DNA from: Octopus vulgaris
Taxonomy: Eukaryota
Assembly (NCBI GenBank): GCA_951406725.2
Contig: OX597825.1
Span: 54,684,001 to 54,748,000, forward strand
Length of the DNA: 64,000 nucleotides
Direction of reading: 5' to 3'
The stretch's first letter is position 1; every line of letters starts with the position of its first letter. A model generated the notes under the pieces. That model was not told where the DNA came from, searched no databases, and saw nothing but the letters and a program-made list of their open reading frames with translations. The translations under genes were made by a program, and so were the position numbers. Positions 1-13,359 of the stretch are shown here, one piece after another.

Positions 1-101
1 CACTTAAAGTTTCATCAAAATCGATAAAATGGCGTAGGAGGAGTTACCTAACAACTCCACAAACGCACACACACACAGAATCTCCCACATATGTAGTAAA
101 T
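1..101 (-). mobile_element. Probable 5' end of a non-autonomous Helitron-like element extending out of the window
   Basis: Minus strand reads ATTTACTACATATGTGGGAGATTCTGTGTGTG...CCTCCTACGCCATTTTATCGATTTTGATGAAACTTT. This has the same layout as the 5' end of the Helitron at 5941: terminus, short microsatellite, then an ATTT..AT.AAA.TTT motif. Confidence 0.45.
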
Positions 102-109
102 CTGTTATT

Positions 110-233
110 TGTGTCACTTAGCGGTTCGGCAAAAAGGGACCGATAGAATAAGCACTAGTCCTGGGGTCGATTTGTTCGACTAAAAGCGATGTTCCAGCAT
201 GACGGCAGTCAAATGGCTGAAACAAAGAAAAGA
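110..233 (+). mobile_element. SINE family B, 3' portion
   Basis: CTTAGCGGTTCGGCAAAA...CGATAGAATAAG...GGGGTCGATTTGTTCGACTAAAA...CCAGCATG..CAGTCAAATG.CTGAAAC; recurs near 4025, 7315, 16945, 61215 and, inverted, near 61000 and 62000. Confidence 0.8.
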
Positions 234-255
234 ACACACACACACACACACACAC

Positions 256-329
<74 letters not shown>

Positions 330-614
330 CAATATCAGTATATGATTATCAGAAATATGCTAAACAAAACCATAATTAACTGCTGCTTCTGTATTTTCTT
401 TTACCTAAAATCAGGAAGTTTTCAATACCCCTTTCTATATGTATGTATATGCATGCACACACACATATATTGAGCGAGATCGATAGATGTGCATATGCAT
501 ATGCATATGTGTAAGCATGTATGCATTTATGTACGTACATGTGTTTCTATGTTACTAACTATTTTCATATTCTTGTTTTTCATCTTTGTGTTTGCTTGTT
601 TTTTTTTACCACAG

Positions 615-767
615 TGCCACCAACAATAATCAGTCATTTGTCCAGTACAGATATGGAGGTACGAGAAGGTGACACAGTTACATTAATATGCAATGTTACT
701 GGTATTCCACACCCAAACGTCACGTGGTATCGACAATCAGCCAGTAATGACTATTCTACAATGGAAA
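615..767 (+). CDS. Exon A of a lachesin/DIP/IgLON-like Ig-superfamily cell-adhesion gene (N-terminal half of an Ig domain)
   Basis: Pyrimidine tract and ACAG acceptor (611-614); GTAAGT donor at 768. Translates (V)PPTIISHLSSTDMEVREGDTVTLICNVTGIPHPNVTWYRQSASNDYSTME, with the Ig B-strand Cys (LIC) and C-strand Trp (TWYR). 153 nt, phase 1-1. Upstream exons lie outside the window. Confidence 0.92.
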
Positions 768-1934
768 GTAAGTGCTTCAGATTTTGATTAAAACGACTTG
801 ATAGCATGCTGTTTTTGACACCTGTATATACATCTACGTGCATGTGTCGTAAGTGTGTATGTATGTATGTATGTATGTTTTTTAGTTTTCCTTAGCCATC
901 ATATCTAAGGCCAATACAGCACACTGCCATTTCATGTGTGTGTGCGTATAAGAGTGTGTATGCGTGTATAAGAATGTGTGTAGGAGTATAAGAATGTGTG
1001 TATAAGAGTGTGTGGGGTGCGTGTGTATGCATGTGCACGTGTGTGTGTATGTGTGTGCATCAGATTTTATCAATGTTGAAATGAAAATACGAATGCATTC
1101 TAGTTTTCTCTTTCTTTTTCGCATGAGTCCCAGCCGTTTGTTAGGAATGGTAACACTCCACCAAACCATCGCCTCCTTGTCTTGATATACTGAACGAAGT
1201 GGCGTTGGCTAGGTTCTAGCTTCTCTAGAACAGACGAACTTAATGTGATTGGAGTAGACTTTTCCGCCTGCATTTCAATTATTAACTATTGGTGCGCATT
1301 TCTGTTACTAGCCGGCGTGTTTTATCCGTTTGCAATATAGTGTGCTACCAGCATTGTTTAATCATAAATCCTCCACATTCCTCGGGAATTCTATATACTA
1401 TACAGAAATTATTTACTAACCTTTTCCTATGTAGGGTCTTATGCTGTGTGACGCAATGCATTATTATTGTCGCTTACAAGTAAACCGTCGTGAAAGTATA
1501 TTATGACATTTGGAGTCATGAAGTTTCCAACCCTCACACTAACAAAAGGGTTTATCAGTTTCATTGTTTGTTTTTAACTTCTTACCAGGTTACGTTTCAA
1601 CACTATATTTAAATTTAATGGTGATATTTAATCTAATACTAATGTATCATCAACAATAATAAAATAATAAAACAATAGCACAGTTCTGTTTTCAATACAA
1701 AATATATAAGTGTATGTACGCATGGAATATAGATATGTATGCAAATGTACAGCTATATATATATAAGTGTATCTAAAACACACACACATATATATATGTA
1801 CACACATATATATGTATATAAGTGTGTGTGCGCGTGTGTTTGTGTGCTTGTACATGTGTGTGTGTGACTGTATATCTTATAAATGGAAAATAAACGGTAG
1901 TTGGTCCTTGGTTACTTATGCTAAATTCCCCCAA

Positions 1935-1980
1935 GACATCTGATGAAGGCTGAAGGGTATATCAGCCGAAACGTTGTATT
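1935..1980 (+). ncRNA. Minimal type-I hammerhead ribozyme motif (Penelope-like terminal repeat)
   Basis: GACAT-CTGATGA-A-GGCTGA(agggtata)TCAGCC-GAAAC-GTT-GTATT. Both core boxes intact, perfect 6-bp stem II, zero-loop palindromic stem III (AACGTT), weak stem I. Lies just downstream of a (TA)/(TG) microsatellite. Confidence 0.6.
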
Positions 1981-2049
1981 AACAACAAACAAGATGAGGA
2001 CAAATATCTGTAAAATGTAAATAAAGTAAATAATGTAGATAATTGGTAT

Positions 2050-3540
2050 GTTTCACGTGTAACAGTAGAAAATAATTCTAAGAAAATATACGAATAAGTT
2101 TACATGTAGAAAATATGGATCAACAGGGGGCCAAGAGTGACTAACGCGTATACACAAATAGAAGAGTTTTTGTTATGATTTAAAAACTTACGATGAAATA
2201 GCATATTTCCTTAGAAATGATGACCGTGTCTATTTATAGAGCAACCTTTTGCATTTCTCGAAGGTGCGCTATTTCCAAAGTCTGAAAAATTAGTCGAATA
2301 CTTCAGGATGATTCAAAATGTGCCATTTGAAGTTGAAATTGGTGTTTCTTTTCGAACTTCTCAACAATATTTTGACACGTAAGTGTCTGTTCATCTTGCA
2401 ATGTTACCGAAATTGTGTATATGAATTAAATACTTCAACTTAAATAGGTTAGCCGGTAAGCCCACTCTTCTTGAATAATTGGTACGTTAACTAATCATCA
2501 ATAACAATATATTATGGACTGTATGCAAAGTCAAGTCCTCATACGGTTGATTTTCTATAAGAATCCCACAACTTTAGCTAGGCTAGAATGCCTGACCTTC
2601 AAATTGCATTGCTAAAAGGTTTTATATTATTTGTGATGATATGGTATATTTTTACAGCGTTTGGGTAAATTCTACCAAAGCAAATGCATCAAAATTATGA
2701 GGAATATTTTACTATAGTATATTGAGTATTCAGTGTTTTAGATCTGGGTTCTTCTTATTGCTTCTCATATCACACTATGATAAATATTTGTTTTATGGCA
2801 TTCTGCTGTATAGTCAAGTAAATTTTCATCAAATGAGGTTCTAGAGATAAAGTTATCTATAAGGGAAATATTTGCAAGAACATAAATTAAATGTGAAGTC
2901 ATGAATTAACTATTTTAGCAATGATATTAACAGTGATTTTCAAATTCAGGTCATTAAATAAATTTTCTTATGACGCAGTTTAGAGAACCATCATTACGGT
3001 ATAAACCGTCAAATAAAAAAAAATTAAAACTCCGTGCGTATCGGGAGTAATATAAAAAGACAGATTAATTCACCAATTTCTGCCGAAACCCTTGACCCCA
3101 TACTAACATCAAAGGAAGAATTACCATCTTTCTTTACTGAATGATAAAAGCAATTTTCTCCCTGGCATAATGATTTTAATATCGGTTTCACTAATGGAAA
3201 TGTGATTGCTAATGAAAGTTAATGTTTTCTGCAGCCAGAATCTGGTAATTGAAGGGTAATAATCTATTATATCAAACTTGGTGAATATATCTTTTGTTTA
3301 TTAGGTGTTATTGAACCACTTTATAAACTGAAATACTGTTGTTCCATAATGGTAAACTGAAAATGTCTTTAATTTCAGTGATTATTTTGTCTAAAAAATA
3401 TTTAATAACAATACCTATTTGAACGATTATTTGCTTTGATATGTACAGTGGGTGGATTGCTCAGGAAAATACTTTTATCATCCTTAAAGGTGACACTCGT
3501 TTTCTATAATGCTAAATACTCAATTATATAATCAATATCT
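2050..3540 (-). mobile_element. Highly decayed DNA-transposon relic, possibly Mutator-like
   Basis: Only broken motif remnants on the minus strand, e.g. an NAIEGWH-like stretch near 2585-2615 that needs indels. No ORF. Confidence 0.25.
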
Positions 3541-3599
3541 AAGCTAGGTGCACTTTCCTCAATTTTAGAGTTAATGCAGTCTAGTGGGCTGTTGTGTTG

Positions 3600-3630
<31 letters not shown>

Positions 3631-3666
3631 AGGTGTGTGTGAGAGTGTGTATGTATATGTATATAT

Positions 3667-3766
<100 letters not shown>

Positions 3767-3769
3767 AGA

Positions 3770-3917
3770 AGCCTGTCTGTGTGGCAAGAACCTTGCTTCA
3801 CAACCACACGGCTCGAGTTTCAGTCCCAATGCGTCGTAACTTGGGCAAGTGTCTTATATTATAGCCTCTGACTTGCCAAAGCCTTGTGACCAAACAGAAA
3901 CTGAAAGAAGCCTGTTT

Positions 3918-3952
<35 letters not shown>

Positions 3953-4180
3953 AAGTATACTTTATGCCTGTGTTTGTTCCCCACCACCGCTTGCCGACCG
4001 GTTTTGATGCGTTTACGTCCTCGTAACTTAGCGGTTTGGCAAAAGAGAACCGATAGAATAACTACCAGGTTTTAAAAAAATAAGTCGTGGGTCGATTTGT
4101 TCAACTAAAACCATTCAAGGCGGTGTCCCAGCATGGCCACAATCAAATGACTGAATCAAGTAAAAGAATAAAGAATAAAG
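3770..4180 (+). mobile_element. SINE family B, near full length (tRNA-like head, internal TA/TG microsatellite, 3' module)
   Basis: Head CTGTGTGGCAAGAA.CTTGC...GAGTTTCAGTCCCA (box A/B-like), then ..TTGGGCAAGTGTCTT.., microsatellite, and the same 3' module as 110-233. Confidence 0.8.
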
Positions 4181-4324
4181 GAACATACAAACCGTCCAAT
4201 AGAAAATCACAAAGGTAAAGGACCGGATTTCAGATATATTCCGTTTTGTTTATACAAAAGTGTTGTAGATTTGTTGAAAGATTTTAGTTTGTATTTTAAA
4301 GATTGTTGAACTTTATCGTATCTT

Positions 4325-4472
4325 GTGGATGTGAGGTACGAAATTTACTCCTCAACCACATGCTTCCGGGTTCAGTCCCACTACGAGGCACCTTGGGCAT
4401 GTATCTTCTATTACAGCCCCGGGGGGATCAAAACCTTTGGAGAGGATTTCGTAGACGGAAATTGAAAGAAGC
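4325..4472 (+). mobile_element. SINE family B, head only
   Basis: CAACCACATGCTTCCGGGTTCAGTCCCACTACGAGGCACCTTGGGC...GTAGACGGAAATTGAAAGAAGC; matches 16161-16316. Confidence 0.75.
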
Positions 4473-5254
4473 ATATATATACATACATACACACATATAT
4501 GTGTGTGTGTATACACATAAATACATACATATATATGTGTGTGAGTGTGTACACATAAGTACATACATATATATGTGTGTGTAGTGTGAGTGTTTGTATG
4601 TATGTATGTGTATATAGTAATCTGGATAAAGGTGACATAAAGTGATTGCATAGACATGACTTGCCAACACCAGTGAGGTCCTTTTCCTTATTTCCTCACA
4701 GTCCAATAACTGGAATGTTAAAGTTCCTTGGCTCTGTCCTTTTAAACATATTAAGACGTAAGACCACGTCATGTTGGTCTCTACTAGCACTTCATTTTTG
4801 AAGAGAACCCACTAATAATTAATTTCTTGCCTAAGTTATTTTGGTTAAAATTTCTAAGGCATAGCTCTATGGTAGAAGAAAATATATAAAGAGTAATTTT
4901 ACTTCAAAGTAGAAAAAATTACAGTGAGTGAGATAAAGTTGTTGATTGGGATCCTCTCCTATCTATTTTAAGATTAGCTAATAGCACGGTTCTCACATTC
5001 ACCCTGGCAAAGGATAAAAAAGATCAGAGAATCTTCTAAGCTTTCTTTCACTTTAATTTAATGCTTCACGTGATGTCCCTGGTGTAACAGTCTTACTAGA
5101 TAGTATAATCTCCATTCATTCTATATGTACAATAACGTCATGTTGGATGGATATTTAACCGATACCATATATGGCAAACCGGAGCTAGCACCGGCACATA
5201 GGAGTTTCGTACTTTTCCCCTCCCCGTATTCGTTTACATTATTTTCAGTTTTAA

Positions 5255-5451
5255 GGCGGCGAGCTGGTAGAAACATCAGCATGCCGGGCGAAATGCTTAG
5301 CAGTATTTCGTCTGTCTTTATGTTCAGTGTTGAAATTCCGACGAAGTCGATTTTGCCTTTCATCCTTTCGAGTTGCGTACTGGGATCGATCTAATCGACT
5401 GGCCCCCTCTTCGAAAACTTCGGGCCTAGTGCCTAGAGTAGAAAAGATTAT
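5255..5451 (+). mobile_element. SINE family A copy
   Basis: GGCGGCGAGCTGG.AGAA...CCGGGCGAAATGCTTAGC...AAATTCCG..GA.GTCGA.TTTGCCTTTCATCCTTTCG; more than 12 copies in the window. Confidence 0.85.
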
Positions 5452-5501
5452 TTCACTGCTTTAAAATTCTTCTTGCATCTGAAGAACTATATATATAAGT
5501 G

Positions 5502-5567
<66 letters not shown>

Positions 5568-5824
5568 GTGATGGTAAGATCAACAAAAAAGTATTCTCTT
5601 TGAGGAGAGATAAATATTATTTAATAAATACTGTATATATTTTTATGGGCTACTAATTGTTCCATTCGATGAAAAACAACGCATTTCATAACATGCCTGT
5701 CTGGTACCTTCATGCAATTCTCAGGCTCTGGCCACATTGCATAACAAGCTAAAATAGGATGATGGAATGAAGGAAAATACGAAAACAGACAAGACGGAAG
5801 TAATATATATACACACACACACAC

Positions 5825-5894
<70 letters not shown>

Positions 5895-5910
5895 TATATA
5901 TATATAATCA

Positions 5911-5940
<30 letters not shown>

Positions 5941-5941
<1 letters not shown>

Positions 5942-6982
5942 CTTTATATATAAAAAACTGAGAATGTGTCTGTCTGTCTGTCTGTCTGTGTGTTTCCCTA
6001 AAACTTGAGAACTACACAACCAATTTCATTCAAATTTTACACATGCCTTACTTGGGGTCCGGGGAGTGACTTAGGTCCATGTAGTTTCATGGCCCAAAAA
6101 ATGTTCAACTTCTTGCCTAGAGCGAGCCCATAGTAATATCATATCTTCTCCACTATTTCAGTATTACGTGTTAAAAGTGAAACAAAAACGTTTCTCTATT
6201 TTATGTCACATACATTCACTTTAACAATGAAAATAATAATAACAATTGAATTATATGTAGTAAGTAATAATTAAAATCAAACTAAAGTAACATGACAAAA
6301 GTAAAAATAGCAATTGGTATAAAATTGCATCAATGATTTGAACTTGAATAAGTGGTTTCACATGAATGGGAATAAATTAAAAAATAAAATTAGCGTGCTG
6401 AAATGGAATAGTCCAGATGGATAATAAAAAATTAAATTAAAGAAAAAACTATTAACTATAAAGTATACAATGTAGAGAAAAAATTTGAACACATGGAGGA
6501 AAGCACCTTCGAAAAGTGTCTTGGTGCGACTATGAAAGGTATCTAATCAGAGGCGGTAAATTCGCCACAATAGAAGCAAGGTTCGAGTCAACGGAGCGTG
6601 CAAGGGAGTACTGGACTCGAACTTGCAAAGTGGAAATATTTTGTTTTTACCTTTATATCTGGGACGTAGGACGTCCCGGAAAATATTTAAAATACCCACC
6701 CCCACCCCCCAAAATAGAGGTAGGCTGGATTGTAGCCACACTTCTATACAAGAAGAAGGACAATGTACAATTGATCGAAATTACAAGAGACGGGCTTACA
6801 ATTCCAGTCTGTTATATATTTTGAGTATTGTTATCACTAGCGATATCAAGATATAACTTTGTATTTTGTATTTTATGCGTAGATGTATATATATAGATGT
6901 ACATGTAATACGTACACATATATATACACATATATACATGCACTAGCACTATGACCCGGCAACGACGGGTCTTTAATGCTAG
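5941..6982 (+). mobile_element. Non-autonomous Helitron, complete
   Basis: Starts TCTTTATATATAAAA after an A, has a (CTGT)n near the 5' end, and ends with hairpin GACCCG-gcaacga-CGGGTC (6953-6971) followed by CTAG|T. Inserted at an A|T dinucleotide with no TSD: canonical Helitron termini. Confidence 0.85.
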
Positions 6983-7244
6983 TACATATATATATTATAT
7001 ATATATATATACATATATATTATATATATATAGATAGATAGATAGATCGATAGATAGATAGATAGATAGACATACACATATATATATATACAGGAGTTAA
7101 GCAATGTAGTAGATAAATCCATACTACATATGTTTCATAGTTGTTTTTCATATTTACTACGGATTTCTGGAAGCTAACTTTCTTCCCCCTCGGTCCCTGG
7201 ATCTTATATTCGTATTTGTGTGTGTGTATCTGTGTGTGCGTGTG

Positions 7245-7468
7245 TGTGTGTTTGTGGGGAGGCCTGTTCGCACTACTGCTTGACAATCGCCGTTGGCATC
7301 TTTGAGCCTCCGTAACTTAGCGGTTCAGCAGTAAGAAAAGAATAGAATAAATACGAGGCTTTAAAAAAACCGATTGAGGTCGATTTGTTTGGTTAAAGCC
7401 GTCAAGACGGTGCCCCAGCATGGCGTAGTCCACTGACTGAAACAAGTACAAAATAGAAAAATAAAAGA
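7245..7468 (+). mobile_element. SINE family B, 3' portion, followed by (GATA)n
   Basis: GCTTGACAA.CG...CGTAACTTAGCGGTTCAGCA...CCCCAGCATGGC...GACTGAAACAAGTA. Confidence 0.75.
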
Positions 7469-7469
7469 T

Positions 7470-7541
<72 letters not shown>

Positions 7542-7626
7542 CATACATACATACATACATACATCTGACATCCTTAGGCTCATAATACTATTATGCTTTT
7601 ATAAGCAGTGCCTTCCATAGTCAGAA

Positions 7627-7902
7627 GGCGCGTGTCTTCGTGTCTAGGGTATTCACAACCTTATGATTGTGAGTTCGATTATCAGCGTCTCATTGTTTCC
7701 TTTCTCGTTACTCCATTCCACTCAGCTAACAAAAATTATTTGTACCTGTAATTCTAAGGGCCAGCCTTGTAACGCTGAATCTCCCTGAGAGCTATATTAA
7801 GAGTTCGCATACCTGTGAAGTGCTCACATTAATTTCACGAACAGGCTCTTTGGTTGAACGTATCAGCCGGGACACTTGTCGTTGTAACGGATAGAGAACG
7901 AG
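7627..7902 (+). mobile_element. SINE family C (tRNA-like head), tail type 1
   Basis: Head GGCGCGTG...AGGGTATTC...GTGAGTTCGATT; tail TGTACCTGTA..TC.AAGGGCCAGCCT shared with 45663-45972. Confidence 0.7.
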
Positions 7903-10369
7903 ATTGCATAATCAGTTCAGACTAGTACTCAGACTCTAAGGAAATCCAAACTCAAGAATTGAAACTGGTCCGGATAATTTCTCTTTTACTGTTAGTGAAA
8001 ATGTTATTTATAAATATACGATATCTACATTAATTTTTTTAGCTAAGACTCTATGACTACATTCAGCAGTACAATATAGCGTTGTGACATTCCGTAAAAT
8101 ATTTTTGTCATAGTAATAGAAATGTGTTTTTCAAAAAGTTCAACTGGTGAATGTACATGATTCAGCTGTGATGATCAATTTGTATAGAATGTTCTATTAT
8201 TACAAGGTTGATACAGTAATATGATTAGATGCACAGTAATGCATACAAACACGAAAAGAAAATATTCAATCAAGTAATATAAAATTTAATATAAGCTGAA
8301 TCTTCAATAACGGGAATCTGTATTTCGTAGTTCGCCTCATCGAGCGAAAGCGATTTACCACAGAACATGCATACAACGTACATACAATCTGTGTTGCCTT
8401 AGAGATCATAAATTATTTGAAAGTAAATACGTAATACGATTGGTTATTGGAATGGATAGTATTAAGGTTTGTAAAGACGTTTTTTTATGAAAAGTGTTGC
8501 ACAGCAGATGTATAAAGGGTAGAATGAAAGACAGAGAAAAAGAGAAAAAAGGCAGAAAGAAGAATATGAGAAAAAGAAATGGGAGAGAAACACAAATAAT
8601 ATTAATAAAGAGGCAACGGTGGTATAAATCGTGGTTTTAGCTACAGGAAAAAAGGAAAAGATAAAAATTTGCGAATATTAAAGATGTTACATATCTTTAG
8701 ATTTAAAACATCTCTGTGTCAACAATGTTTCTGATTGAAAAATAAATAGTGTGGACTTGGGTAGAAAGGAAAACGTAGGCAATTTTTCTTTGGTAAAGGG
8801 TTAGTTGTTTTAAAGAGGGCTTAAATAGCTGTTTGTTTGCAAATAGCAGTCAGTCGTGAAAGAACGACATCGGTACAGAAAAATGGAGTTGTAGAAATAT
8901 AATGAATAATAAAATTACATGTTGTGTTGAGGAGGTATGTAAAGGAAAACTGTGAAGTATTGCATACGACTGAAGAACTTAATTAGAGAAACTTATGAAA
9001 ATGTAGAAAGTATATAATAATGGCTGGAACAATGAGAATAACATTACTGTGTATATTCTTATAAAAGAATATATTCAACATAGACAGATAATGATGTAGT
9101 ATGTTATAGTATCTTGGGGGAAATATATGTATGTGCTTACAGAATTATGTAAATTCAGAATTTTTGTTCAAAGTAGTTGAAATGAATGTTATTTATCTTT
9201 CATATTTCCAAATATATTTGACAAAGTAAGGAATGCACTGCTGTCTGGTTTTCTGGAAGTGTCTGTTTGATGTTACAAAAGTTATCATGTTAGTCGTTAA
9301 ACCAATACCTTGTAATACATTTATTTACTAGTTACTTTTTAGAAAGATAAAATACTCTATTGTCAATTAATTAATTAAAGTAACTATGTTTTTACATATT
9401 AGGTTACATCATATATTGCGATATTTCAGGATAGTAATTTTTCCCAAATAAATACGCGCACTGTATATTCTTTCTTCTCGCGTGTCTATGGACTAAACAG
9501 AACAGGAGGAGACACGTAAGATGGAGAAGTGCTGAAGGGGTCATAGGATGTGAGACGAAAAATTTTAAACAAAAGACAATAAAATAAGAGCAATAATAAA
9601 ACTAAAGTGAAGAACGAATATATAGTGCGTGTGTTTATTTGGCAAAAAAGTGACCGTACCGAAATATAACAATATCTGTTTCAACACACGATTTCACATC
9701 AGTAATTTTGCAAAACAAATACATAAATAATAATTCAAATAATTGCTCTTCGTGTCTCACTCATAGTTATGAAGTTCTGCAAGCAAATATTTTCTTAAAT
9801 TTTCATAGGATTTCAAATTGGCTCAGCTCTCTCACAATATACTTTACAATAACCTTTTACATTATAACACCAAACTAATATTTCAATTATTTTCATTCCC
9901 TGTCGGCTGTCATTTTCTAAATTAACCGTTATAAAGGCCTTCCTTAGATCAACTTACTACAGCACCTATAACATTTTATGTCTCCTTTTGTCCACACCAA
10001 TTCCACCTTCATCTATCAATCCAATACATCATCGATACAAAACTTACTTAAATATTTATAAATGCTGAACCTTTAATCTCTTAAATTATTCTTTCTTACT
10101 TTCTTACGAATAGTTAAACTCATCACTGATACACCCACCTTTCCAATTTTATTCTGGGTGTTATTTTCTGTCTTAATCTTACCTCTTTTCTACGTCACTT
10201 TTTTAGTATTCTTTTCTGTTTTCTCTCTTTTTCTTTCTTTACTTCTATCTCTTACTCTTTTAACGTCCCACACTGACATTCCAAATGCTAACAGTAGTTT
10301 CTGGCTTCGCTGCTCGCTACCTATCTTGGAAATATACGACAGGTTGCACATCATTGCCTGTAGAGCACA

Positions 10370-11960
10370 TTTCTAAATAGCAATGCTCTCCGGTAACATT
10401 TCCAGGCTAGTTAAGTTGCCCACATCTCCTCCAACTTAATATCTTCGATATAAAGTACTCAATTTCTCATATTCCAGGATCTCCCCATAACAGTGCCTCA
10501 CTTATTTACATCTAATCCCCCAAATAACGTTAGTGTGGCAGTTTCAACGACAGCATTTTCGAGTAGTAAAGGCTGTGACTGGTTCAAATTATTCCAGTTA
10601 ACAGAAGTCCAATTTTGGGCTTCATTTGACATTGTACAGCAGCTCCATCAAAGACACGATCTGTGGAAGGGCCTATTTCATAGGCAGTGAATACACCTGT
10701 TCCTGTTTAAAACATTCTACAAGTATGACAGTCACAGAACATGCAGACGTATGATCCTTCATGACATGTCGAATCTTCCATGTGAAAGTATTAGCGATAA
10801 CTGGAACATGTCATTAAGGGAACCTAACCGTACCAAAATAAGGGTTTTAAGAACAAATACTTCAATTTTGACGGATGCAGCCTTGTGCTAGGTACGACTG
10901 TCAAGTGACAGTAAATAACGGATGCAATCAACACATTCACTTACCTGCCTTTGTGATAACTTCTCGACCTAATTTTTACGTCTGCCTGGCCATTTTCCTA
11001 TAATTATGTTCCAACCCGAAGCCCACACTCCATAACCCAACCACCGATCCTATGAGGGACAGCAATGCTGCTGGCTAGAATACTTGCTTCTCTAAGTGTT
11101 TTGTCACAAGCTTTCAGGAGATTGTCTTTGTTAATTAGTGTCCCTGTTACCGCTTCCTCAGTTTACCTATCTTTTCTCGAGTTGCAAGACGATGGACTAC
11201 AGGGATTGCCTAGAAATATCTTCACTCCAACACAGAGATGACCGAAGAAGAGTTACTTCAATTCTGAAGACGGAAACTCGTTCCACGCATTTGGATGACG
11301 CATTCCGCGATCATTGATACTACTTATAATGAGAAAGTGACTTCATTTTGTCTATTGTTTTCCTGGCTATTCCTGGAAATATATTGTTTTGGCAGCAGCA
11401 TTTCTCTGTTTCATTTCCTTTGTACCCTATGGACCTGCTGTTGTTTCGACTGTTAATGCATGCTGTTTCGTCTACGTTTCACCAGTATAAAATGCTTTCA
11501 GATGATGTGTTTCTTCAAAAAATGGGACACTTTTCCTTTCTTTTCTACTCTACTTCTTGACCAATTTAAAGATCGGATATATTTCTAGGATTACCTTCTG
11601 GCACTCGGATGTCATTAAGGTTACGAGATCGATCCTACCCCATACTCACCCTTCCAAATCATTTCATAAATTTTCTTTCTCGCAGATTCGCAAAAGTCAT
11701 CACAGCTATGTATCTAGTTCTTCGCTCTTATACGCGACCCTTACTTTCCCATATCAACGCCTAGCATACTGTAGCAGCTACTAATACTTCAGCTTGCACC
11801 ATATGAAAGCTGACTACATCATAACCACCTCCTCCTCCCCTATTTTTAGCATTAGTCATATCTTTCGGATAACTCAAGACTCTTCCGACGTATAAGCTCC
11901 TTGTCACACATAGAATAAAGCCTTTCTTTTTCATATTCAAGTTTCAAAACCCGGTTATTT
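10370..11960 (-). mobile_element. Degenerate non-LTR retroelement-like fragments
   Basis: Higher GC, broken coding-like minus-strand sequence with no intact motif; clade not assignable by eye. Confidence 0.3.
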
Positions 11961-13359
11961 TTTCAGGGAGAAGCAGATACGTCGCTGTTTCCTTTAGTCA
12001 CTCTCTTCAACAAAATATTCTGACTAAAAATTATGATCTTACTTGACATATCGACTTATTAACCCTCTTCTTCCTTGTCAAATCTGGTTCTTTCGAGTTC
12101 ACAATTACACTAGCAAAGGAGCTTGTATTCCGACAGCAGCCGCATTCCTATTGTTGCTATTCATATCACCGTCCACCAAGCTGTCATCACTGATTCATGA
12201 CGACATTGTTGATATCCACAGTGATAACATTTATGTTATTGTACATAGAGTTAATGTCGTCACTTCACGTTTCTTAAAGATTCCTTTCTTTCTTTTTTAC
12301 TTATTTTTACAAAACACGAATTGTTGTTTTTTTTTTATTTCAAATAAGATTTTTTTTCTTTATGTAAAGAAATGTGTTTCCATTCCACTATGCACTGAAG
12401 ATGTGTACAACAATCACCAGTCTCCTTCCATTATTAGCGAGGAAAACGCCATACTTAATTTTTTTTTTTTTTTTTTTTTGAGTGGTTTTTCATTGAGAAA
12501 TTTACTAAGACGAATTAACCAAAACAAAGGTATTCAACATAATGCAGTAAAAGAATTAAGGAGAAAACCTAGTTTAAAACAGAAAGTCATTCACAGGAGT
12601 ACATAAGATCTAAGAGTATAAGATAAAGAATTTCTTTTAACTGATAAACAACGACAACAACAACAACAGATGCAATCCAACAGCTAATTCTAAACTTAAA
12701 TCGGGACTAAAGAATTCTATGATAAAACGATGGCAAGAAAAACCCTTACACGGCTATCACTAGAAAATATGAAACGAATAGAAGTAGATAAAGACATACA
12801 GGGCATATAATGTGGAATTACATAAAAGAGTTTCTAAAAGAAATTAACAAGAATAATAATTTCAACAATAAATAATTTCCCCAAAAGAGGGGGACCTCAT
12901 AGGACTGCAATTACCTCGACTACTAGTAAAAGTGCTCTTGGTTCTTCCTGTCTCTTCAGTTTATTAGCGTGCTTAGAGTAGGCCCATTCACCTTGTCTAT
13001 TCTTGCCGCATTCGCCCACATTTCAATAAAATTGTTGGAAAGGCAGCACTTCCCTCTCCACCCTCACTTCTATATCTATATCTAGTGACCTGAAATCGTT
13101 GAACAGATGGTCCTGCTTAAAAGGTGACTGCAAGTTGACGTGCATTCACGTTGTCTATTCTGAGCACAGCTACAAGGCGGGTTGAGGAAATGATCACTTA
13201 CTGAAGGCTCTTCATTGGGTTCTGTGCGTATTGTGTAATTGGAGTGAAATTTTATGTGTGGCAGACTGCTAATGGGCGAGTTGATGTAGTTATTGTGCAT
13301 GATGCTTGTGTTTTGGCGAATGTAACCAACTACTTCGTTTTTGTTTTTGCTTAAGGCTA

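Noticed and set aside
1139-1544. Solo LTR with TGTTAG...CTAACA termini
   Set aside because: No target-site duplication (CGTT vs AAAG), no second copy and no PBS/PPT seen; a 6-bp inverted match can arise by chance.
12043-12606. 187-aa ORF
   Set aside because: Non-ATG start, low-complexity F/L-rich sequence spanning T-runs and repeat boundaries; no recognisable domain.
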